In this document: one piece after another, positions 55,321 through 64,000 of the stretch | Layout: the number at the start of each line of letters is the position of its first letter | Position numbering within the stretch: position 1 is the stretch's first letter | Assembly (NCBI RefSeq): GCF_009914755.1 | Contig: NC_060929.1 | Strand: one strand, 5' to 3' | Length of the DNA stretch: 64,000 bases | DNA from: the human T2T-CHM13v2.0 reference genome, Homo sapiens | The notes under the pieces: generated by a model | The model's database searches: none | What the model saw: the letters and a program-made list of their open reading frames with translations, nothing else | Told to the model about the DNA's origin: nothing | Position numbers and translations under genes: made by a program

Positions 55321-56791
55321 TGCAGGTGACATTTCAGGCATCTGGACACTTCTGTGTTCCCCCCTCCTCTGGGTTCCCAGACTTCCATAGGAATTCCTGT
55401 AGCTTTGCCCTTATCTCATCATGTTGAGGTACAAAGGTTCACTTGATGTATCTCACCTCCTAGGTGGAGAGGCTAAATACTACCTGGTCCACTTAAAGAG
55501 CCTGTAACAAGGAGTTCAGTAAACACTGGTTAATTGACAAACTATGAAGACTCAAACTCAGCTCTCAGGACCAAGGGCTAGTGCTGATGCTGTGGTCTCC
55601 CAGGCAAGCTCCCATCTTCCTCTATACCTTTCATGCATCTGGGGGCAGCACAGCTCCATCCCTGTCTTGACTAGCTCTCCTAGACCAAACACTCACCCAG
55701 ATATCACAGCTCCCCATGATCTATCCTCAGCATATCTTTTCCATCTCCTCTTTCATTTATCTCACAGTTCGTGCTAAGTCCCACTCAAGCACTCCACTGT
55801 CTCTCACTCCTATCTGACATGAAAGTCCCTCAACTATGCATGGTCTATTCCACCCTAACCACAGGTGCAAACCTTTCCCACCCTCAAAGCGCAGCCCAAA
55901 CACCTATCCCCTGGGCGCCCCAGCTGAACATCCTCTTCCCTCCTCTGGGCTTTAATAGCACATCTCTGTGGCTTTGGTGTCTGTGTCTCTAGGCCTATGA
56001 CATTGCTTGTCTACAAACTCTCTATGTGTGTGCTTATTTCTGTTACTTCCACAAGCCTCTTAAAGCTAGGGTCCACGTCAAATCCATCTACATCATCCCA
56101 AAGCACAGAACACATGACTTTCAATTTATGGCAAGCATTCAATAACTATTTCCATAATCAAAAAGTGATGGTAAAACTGGCTTGCTTTTGTGAGGTATTA
56201 TTCACTGTTAGCTTGTTCTAAAGGGAGCTGGGTGATGGCATGCAGCAGAATCCATCACGGAGGGTACATCACCCACCAGCTTTCCATCTGCAGATGTTGC
56301 CCATTGTAGAGCAGCATGCTGCCTGTTCAGGCACTGTTGCCAAACAGAAGGTTCTCTTGGCAGAAGAACTGGCACATGCTGGGCTCTGCAGGCTGTGCCC
56401 CCGAACCAGCTCTTCCACATTGGCAAATGGGCATCCTTGAAATTGCCCTGCCCCATCCCCCACAGGCCTCCTACCACCCAAACAGATGGGCACACGTGTA
56501 AGTATGCCGGGGAGCAAGTGTGTACATCAGGTTGGAGCTCCTGATAAAAGATTTGTCTCTCATACATGGTATCAACCCCGTCCAAAGAGCAAAAGCACAC
56601 CACTGTGAAATGGGAGGTGTTGCAAAGGAATTGCCTTCATATTCTAATTTTGGGATCCATTAATTAAAGAGTCCCAGACCTGGAGTGGGAGGGGGAGAAT
56701 GAGAAAGAGCTGAAAGAGAACATTCTGTTTCCCTTTAAAGTTTTGGCTGGTGGCATCAGTGGACCTGGAAATGAATGTTGTCTCTTTTCAG

Positions 56792-56916
56792 GTGGAGTTC
56801 AGATTTAAGGCATTTTTCAGGAGCAGCTAAATCCACGACCTGAGATGTCTATTGCTGCCTGCAAGACAGCTGGATAAAGGCAGTTCTCTCAGGGACTAGT
56901 ATGCCTCCACACACAG
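56792..56916 (+). other. Candidate non-coding exon (125 nt)
   Basis: Acceptor ttgtctcttttcag|G and donor CAG|gtaaga. All three frames contain stops. No expression evidence is available. Confidence 0.3.
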
Positions 56917-58914
56917 GTAAGAGTAAAAGTTTAATAAATTATCTATAAACCATGTTTATAGAGAGAATGATACACTCAACATCCAAACTTATTGATAACC
57001 TAGTTGCAGTAATGTCAGAATCGAGTTGAAAACCTTTATTGACTCAGGTTGTCTTCGTTGTCTGAAGGCGCATGTTGGCTAGACAACAAAGACAGTGGTG
57101 GGAGCAGCCAACATGGCCTTTGGTGTACATTACAAATTTAAAAGCCTAAAATTGACAAAGAAATAATACCACCTATAACTCTAGAGCACTTTAATTCTGG
57201 TCTTTTTTGAGACACTAAAGACAAATAAGAACTGCATTGATCCACTTGATCTACAGATCTCACAAGTAATTTCTTCTGCTGGGATTTGTTTTTTTTTTTT
57301 TTTCTTTTACTTTCCAAACTCTAAAATATCCATGACTCATTTGGAACACAAGAAGTGCAGCATGAACATCCCAGTTGGTCATCTGCAGAATATGCCAAAC
57401 AGCACAGGATGCGGGGAAGCCACATAATGGAGAACAGATCATCGTCTGGCAAAGCAACTGTCCAATGGCCAGCAGGTGGCCCAGTTGCTGGACCAATATG
57501 CTGCCCAGTACTGGAAGGTGCTCAGTCTCAGAAATGGGTTATAAATACCCATACAGGGCTGTGACATGTGGAAGCTAAGAGCCTTAAAGACTTCAAGCTT
57601 TGCTGGTCACACTAGGGGCGTCAAGTGCTTCTCTGTAGATAGAATCTATCCAGTCTGTTTATTGTCTGCCTTTTAAAAGTCACTCCTCATTTCCAGACAG
57701 CTTCAGATAGAGGCTTGACTAGGGATTAAATATCCATCATTAATATGGCTCAGAGACATTGAAAAAGAATAAGAGAGAAGAGAAGAAGAGTTTAAATACC
57801 TCCTGTAGAAGGGCTATCTCACTGTGACAGCTCTGGATGTTTCATTTATTAAACAATGGAAGGTATAGTATATTATAGATGTGCTTAAAAAATCATTTAC
57901 AAAGGAGAATTACTTTATTTTTAATGAAGAATCAAGCCTTATCCTCTAGGAGGCTTTACAAAAATGGTTTTGAAGAAATTAACCTCTAATTTTATTTATT
58001 TAAATGCATGTATTTCTAAAGCTTCAAAATTATTGAGGTCCACTAGTTGTTTTTTTTTTCAAAGTTACTTTAGCTAGTTGGATGACTTAACTGTAGATCA
58101 CAAGAGTGTCCAAACTTATTTTCACTCCCCAGAATTTTTTTCATTCTCTCCTGTTTCTGTCAGGAGGTCACTATGTTCATTTGCCTGGTAGCAGGATGAA
58201 TGGCAAACTCCTGGCATGTACAAGTTGAGGAAGCTGCAATTTGCTCCCCCTTTCTCTTGAAGGTCACTAAATTTAATACTGTGATTGAAACTCAGTGCCT
58301 CCCACAAATCTCCAGAGAACTGTGATTCATAAGGAGGAAGATAATTTGGAGGTGGGATATGTTAACCTGTGCACACATGTTAAGCAATTATAAATTGTTT
58401 CCTTTCATCTGTCTCAGATGTAATACATAGCAAGACTCTGAAGTATAAATCCTCTTTAAAATGAGACAGTCGGGCAATAGCCCATGAGGATACGTGGGTT
58501 CATTCACAGCACTGATACCCCTGTACAACATCAGATGGTGACAAATGAGACTGATTTTCAGCTTGGCTTGACTTGAACTGGTAGCTTCTATCTTTGGCTT
58601 CCTTCTTGCAGGAAAAAAAAAAATATATATATATATGTCGCATTTAGCCCATTGGCATCATTCCCAGTCAATGAATGAGCATGACACTTCTCCCAGTAAC
58701 CATCTCAAAGTTTTCTAGCTGAGCTAGTTAGTATAGAAAATGTTTTGGCACTGGAAAACAGATGATAGAAATCATTGTTTCACTTGGTGCACGGGAGAGC
58801 AGTGGGGAGGTAGGATATGCAGGACAAAGTAGTTTTGACTTTGCCTCTCCCAGTCCATGTAACCTTTGATATCCCAGAATTGGAATCCCTGGATACACAT
58901 GAAACACATTAATG

Positions 58915-59404
58915 CATCACAGGCAAGCCCAAAAATTAGGGCTTAGTCCAGGAAGGTTTTTGGCTTTTCCCAGGAAAGAATTCAAAGGTGAGCCAGTGGT
59001 AGAAGAAAACAACTTTATTGAGATGGCAGTGTTACGGCTTCGTGACTGCTCCCGCAGAGCAGGGCTACCCTACAGGCTGTGTCAAGAGCAGCAGCTCAGG
59101 CACAGCTCACAGTTAAAAGTGAGCTCATGGTTAAACTCACTTTTAATTACATGCCAATTAAGGGGTAGATTATTCAGAAATTTTTGGAAAAGGAATGGTA
59201 ACTTTCAGGACATTGCCATGGAAAGGGGCAGTAACTTCCAGGTGTTGTCATGGAAACAGGTGGTAACTTCCAGGTGTTGCCGTGGCAATGGTAAACTGTC
59301 ATGGTGCTGGTGGGCATGTCTTATGGAGAGGTACTTTGGGTGCCTCTTCCCTGATTCAGCCAGTCTTTAATCTGGTCCAGAGTCAAGTCCCACCTCCTAC
59401 CTCA
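58915..59404 (-). mobile_element. ERV1 solo LTR (MER66-like)
   Basis: Ends ...aatctggtccagagtcaagtcccacctcctacctca (reverse complement TGAGGTAGGAGGTGGGACTTG). A minus-strand AATAAA appears as actttattg. Internal 32-bp repeats. Confidence 0.72.
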
Positions 59405-59743
59405 ACATGACTGTATCCCTGAATACACAAGAAACCCTTGGCGATATCTAGGTCTTCTAATTGGGGATGACAAGGGGAGCATATACAGGAATAAACCTTT
59501 GCTGGAGAACCACGCAGTGGCTCCTGATGGGGTGGGAATGGGCATAAAAGAGATATGAGGCAGAGTGACCAATGACAGAGGATCACAACAAGAAAAGGCA
59601 CATTTGAGAGCAATTATAAGGTCAATGATACTGAGAAGTGCTGCACTTCTAAATCTACCTCCCAATAACATATTGGTCTAAATTGAAAGGGTTCTTCCTG
59701 TTTTTAATCATACATGATTTTAATTTAACTCACACAGTCTCCC

Positions 59744-60213
59744 TGTACTAGTTTGCTAGAGCTGCTGTGGTAAAATACCAAAACTAGATGGCTTAAACAA
59801 CAGTGACTTATTGTCACACAGTTCTGTAGACAAGAAGTCTAAGATCCAGCTGTCAGCAGGGTTGGTTCCTTTGAAGACTGTGAGGGAGAATCTGCTTCAG
59901 CCTCTCTAGCTTCTAAAGGTTTGCTCGCTGGGATCTTTAGTGTTGCTTGGCTTGTAGACACATCACCCCAACCTCTGGCTTTATGTACACATGTCATTCT
60001 TCCTGTGTGTGTCTCTCTGTGCATAAATTCCTTTTTTTTTTTTTAAGAAGGACACCAGTCATATTGGATTAGGGCCTCACCTGCTCCATTGTGACTTCAT
60101 ATTAACTAATTACATCTACAACAACCTAATTTCCAAATAAGGTCACATTCTGAGCTTCTGGGAGTTAAGACCCCAACATGTAAATCTGGAGGGATGCAAT
60201 TCAACACGTAATA
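59744..60213 (-). mobile_element. MLT1C solo LTR
   Basis: tgtactagtttgctag..ggcttaaacaacag..cagcagggttggttcct..aaggacaccagtcatattggattagggc..tttccaaataaggtcacattctgag. TSD ctccc/ttccc. Confidence 0.9.
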
Positions 60214-60766
60214 TTCCCTAGCACAATATTTCCATAACAGTCTGTAGCGTCTTCTTCAGGCTAAGGGATTGGGGCCTCATCTATCAGAGTTGTAATAAGG
60301 AACAAAGGTTGTTGAAGGTAAGATGAGACTCAAGATTCAATAATATGTTCAAACTGCAGAATCAAAGAGTATATTGAGGCCAAATATCTAAAAAAGAAAG
60401 TTTGATGGATTGCTAAAGTAAGAGGATCAGAAGGAAGTATTAAAACTAAGATAAGGATACAGAAAGTTGCAATACTGGATTTGACATAAATGTACAAAAA
60501 ACAGGGAAGGTTAAATAAATCGTGATACAACCATCAAAATTAAAGATTTGGTAAGTATTTTCTCATCCCATGAATAAAGGCCCATTGATCTTTTTGTTGA
60601 AGGATATTCAGCCCATATTAACCAGGGTTGAAGATCCTACATAAAAAGATTTGAGTTGCCATTTTCTCAAATAATACCCTCAGACACTGACTCTTCATAA
60701 TGGGTTCTGCTAGTACAACTCTGAAAGTCTTAGAGAGAAGTTTATTCATTCCATTCAAAGGATACT

Positions 60767-61578
60767 TGTTTCGAGAGCCCCCAGCTAAATTTGGGTTCTA
60801 GTACCAGAACAGCTAGCAACCCTGCCCTAATGGGACATGAAGGGTACCTGGACATGGGTGTTTACAGTGTACCTTTCACGGGATACTTCTTTTACTTGGC
60901 AGACTTCCTAATTCTTACTTGACTGACTTGCAATCAGGGAGTCCCTCACATAGGAAACTTGTTTACACTGGCAGATGCCCTTATGGCTCTTATCTGACCC
61001 ATCTCCAGTTTAGTCCTGCCTGACCATTGCTCAGGCACTGGGAGCCTGACTTTCTAGTCTCCCTGGCAACAGGGAAAATCCGGCCAGGATAACCTCTAGT
61101 TCTTTAGATGGAAGGTGCAAATTCAATACACCATCATAATAGGAAATAAGTTTAAAGAGTTTTTACTTATAGGTCCTAGGCAAAGGAGTTGACAATGAGT
61201 CAAGAGTGAAGCTCTCCATCCTCAGTCATGCAGGCAGAAATGGAGTCAGGCAGAGAGAGACAGAGAGAGCGTGCACACATGAGTGCATGCTCTCAGCAGC
61301 ATATATAAAAGAACAGCGTATCAGTCACTTCAAGTAATTGGGCAAATGCCTGAATGATCCCTTTAAAGAAAGCAGAAGGAAGTGCAGAGCTCAGTCTGCC
61401 AGACTGGAGAGAGATGCCTCCAAGTTTTTATCTTTGGCCACTGGCTTGAGCCATTTGAGTATAGCATGGAACTAAAGGCTGTGTCAATGGTGACTGAGCC
61501 CTGCTTCTGATATGAGAAAGTCAAACTTGTTTTCAAAATAGATGCTGATGCAAGATAAAATCATAAGTATTTACCACA
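60767..61578 (-). mobile_element. MER54/MER74-family ERVL LTR
   Basis: ggtgactgagccctgcttctgatatgagaaagtcaaacttg..tcaaaatagatgc..ataaaatcataag..caca; also ggaaacttgtttacactggcagatgccc. Confidence 0.72.
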
Positions 61579-61834
61579 ATGCCTTCAGGTATTAGGGCCT
61601 AAGGTTTGGTTTTGCTTTTTGGTTTTTGTTTTTTGCTTTTCAATCCTGGTTAAGAAGTGCTAAAAGATATTATAGCCCTACATTCTGATTGGTATCAAGG
61701 GCAAATTTTCCTTCTTTTACAATGTGTTTTCTAGTTTTTTTTTTATTTTGTTACAATCAGCATAAAGGAAGAAAAGATTATGCCTTTGAATAAGAATTGT
61801 ATTTACATTTTACTTTTTAAAAAGAAGGCAATAA

Positions 61835-62575
61835 CTTGCATTTCTAACAATGGTTTATTAGAACCAAACCTTCAGATAGAAGCAACTAAGAATGCTAGAT
61901 AAAATATTTAAAACGTCTCCTTATAAGAATTTAAGAACTGACAGATAGCCAAAATAAAATCTAAGGAAAGCTGAAATCCAGAAAGCCAAGCACAAGAAAC
62001 TTACTCTACTTTGACCTGCAGTTACTTGCCTACCCCGAGAAATTCCTGCTTTGATTCTGCAATCTCCCTTGTATAGCACAAGATACAGAGGTCAATGCCC
62101 AGGCTGTATCCCAAGTGGAGACACTAATAGGAGGCTCTCCTTATATTAAGCAAGGGGAGAAAAAAAAAGGACAATGAACTCATGGTTATAGTGCTACACA
62201 TAAACTCCTCTCTCACATCTTTGCAGGAGAATACAGAGGAAGTTGTTGGGCCCTGTCTGGAGTAGGTATTAAAGGAAAAGAAAGAGTGTTCCTACCAAAT
62301 TATAGACATTAGCTACAGCATTGCCTGGGAGATACAGGGATCCACAGATTACAAACTTGTTTATGGTCACCCAAGACCAGACATACAGAAACTTGGCAGT
62401 AGCAAATGCATATTCTCTCTATAGAGAAAATTGTCTATTGACCTTCAAAATATTACCACAATAAAACCCTTAGACAATAAACTGCACACAAATAACCAAG
62501 CACACAAGGAAAGAAATCACCATGAGTAAAATCAAGAAGAAACAGTAGAATAACTGAATCATACCCACAAGATTA
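61835..62575 (+). mobile_element. Old L1M 5'-end-like fragment
   Basis: aactaagaatgctagataaaatattt...aataaccaagcacacaaggaaag..accatgagtaaaatcaag. Confidence 0.45.
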
Positions 62576-62577
62576 CA

Positions 62578-63208
62578 GTATTTCAAAGAGATATCTGCAC
62601 TCCCATGTTTATTGCAGCACTATTCACGATGGTCAAGATATGGAATAAATCTAAGTATCCATCAACACATGAATGGATAAAGAATATATGGTATATATAC
62701 ACAATGGAATACTATTCAGCCATAAAAAGGATAAAATCATGCCATTTGGCTCAATGGGGATAGAACTGGTGGCCATTATGTAAAGTAAAATAAGCCCAGT
62801 ACAGAAAGACAAACATTGCATGTTCTCACTGATTCATATATATTAATACAGAATAAAGTAAAGTAGATTCTATGGAAGCATAGAGTAGAATTGTGGTAAC
62901 CAAAGGTTGGGAAGGGAAGTGAGAAGGAGGAGATGAAGAGAAGTTGGTTAAGGGGTACAAAAATACAGTTAGATAGAAGAAGTACGTTTTAGTATTTGAC
63001 AGTACGGTTGGAGAATTAAAGTTAACAATAATATTGTATATTTCAAAATGCCTAGAAGAATTGCAAGACAAAGAAAAGTTAAACGTTTGAAAGAAAAGAT
63101 AAATGTTTAAGGTGATGGATATCTCAATTACCCTGATTTGATTATTATACATTGTATGCAGGTATCCAAAGGGCAATGTAACCCAAAAATGTGAACAACT
63201 GGTATATA
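62578..63208 (+). mobile_element. L1MA3/4-like ORF2 end and 3'UTR
   Basis: agagatatctgcactcccatgtttattgcagcac...agtacagaaagacaaac...ggtacaaaaatacagttagatagaag...gatatctcaattaccctgatttg. Confidence 0.9.
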
Positions 63209-63368
63209 TGGAGCATCAGGAAGAGTAGCTAATGGATGTGGAGCTTAATACCAAGGCGATGGGTTGATTTGTGCAGCAAACCACCATGGTTCACGTTTAC
63301 CTGTGTAGCATACCTGTACATCCTGCACATATACCCGAGCTTAAAAGTTGAAGGAAAATAAATAAATT
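63209..63368 (+). mobile_element. L1PA13-15-like 3' end, heavily 5'-truncated
   Basis: gagcatcaggaagagtagctaatggatg..gtgcagcaaaccaccatgg..cctgcacat..cttaaaagttg. Confidence 0.85.
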
Positions 63369-63379
63369 TAATATAAATA

Positions 63380-64000
63380 TTTATTTTGAATTCTTTATCA
63401 GGAAGTTTGTATATCTCCATGTCTTTTGGGTCAGCTACTAGAAGATTATTGTGTTCTTTGGGTAGGAGTTATGTCTCGTTATTGGTTTTTTGTGTTTCTT
63501 GTTGACTTACATTGAGGTCTGAACATTTGAAAAAGTAGAGGCTTGTTCCAGTCTGCAGACTGGCTTTGTCTTGGGGGAGCCCTTCACCAGTCAGCCTACC
63601 CAGAGATTCTGGGTATACCACCTGGTATGGTTCATGAGCAGGCTTGCTGCTAATGTCCTCCAGCAGGCTGGCCTGTTTCTTGGGTCAGCAGGTGAGCAGA
63701 CCCTGGTGCCTGGGTCTGCAGGTGCCAACCTGGTGACTAGGGCCATGGGGGGTATTCTAGGGCTGGGGTGGGCATGAAGTCTGGGGCTGTAGGGGCCATC
63801 CCAGTGCTGGGGGTGGTCTGGAGCCTAGGGCTGCTGGGGCTACCCTGGCCCTAGGGTGGGCCTAGAGTCTGAATCTGTGGGGGCTGACCTGGCCCTAGGG
63901 TAGATCCAAAGCCACTGAGGCCCAGTCTGGATCCTGGGGCTGAGGCAGGCCTGAAGACTGAGTCTGCCAGGCCGGACTGGAGCCTGGGGCTGCAGGATCC
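63380..64000 (-). mobile_element. L1M (L1M2/M3-like) ORF1 start and repetitive 5'UTR, running off the window
   Basis: tattttgaattcttt..ccagtctgcagactggctttgtc..cccttcaccagtcagcc, then GC-rich ~42-bp repeats (ggagcctggggctgcagg). Confidence 0.7.

Noticed and set aside
59186-59293. 32-bp repeats or the 91-bp duplication as a CRISPR-like array
   Set aside because: The units are head-to-tail without unique spacers, there are no cas genes, and the context is a eukaryotic LTR or unique DNA.
58912-59370. 152-aa ORF
   Set aside because: It lies antisense within an ERV1 LTR and shows no protein homology I recognise.

Overview
This is a primate (human-like) nuclear non-coding window. It is AT-rich and CpG-depleted, with no CpG island, and I estimate that over half of it is interspersed repeat. 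I find no credible host protein-coding gene, tRNA, rRNA or CRISPR array. The only recognisable protein remnants are the broken ORF1/ORF2 of a full-length L1PB and a decayed ERV-L gag. The ORF track is otherwise Alu, LTR and microsatellite noise. The largest structure is a complete two-LTR MLT1A (MaLR) element at 6516-15430 with a 5-bp TSD. Its 5' LTR carries a tail-less AluS and a 6.5-kb L1PB, which itself holds an Alu and possibly a short 3' transduction. The rest holds many solo LTRs (THE1, MLT1, MER4A1, MER66-like, LTR33, LTR40, MER54/74-like), Alus, L1M, L2 and MIR fragments, hAT and mariner MITEs, and microsatellites. The least explained signals are: a 91-bp tandem duplication fused to a 165-bp foldback (3330-3664); a ~119-bp direct repeat ending in a GATA/nuclear-receptor-motif hairpin (35128-35810); an orphan ~130-bp insert inside an MLT1F LTR; and a possible THE1-promoted spliced lncRNA using + strand exon-like segments. 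I cannot support a new biological system from sequence alone. Subfamily names come from recalled consensus sequences, not from a RepeatMasker run, and the boundaries of old elements are approximate.
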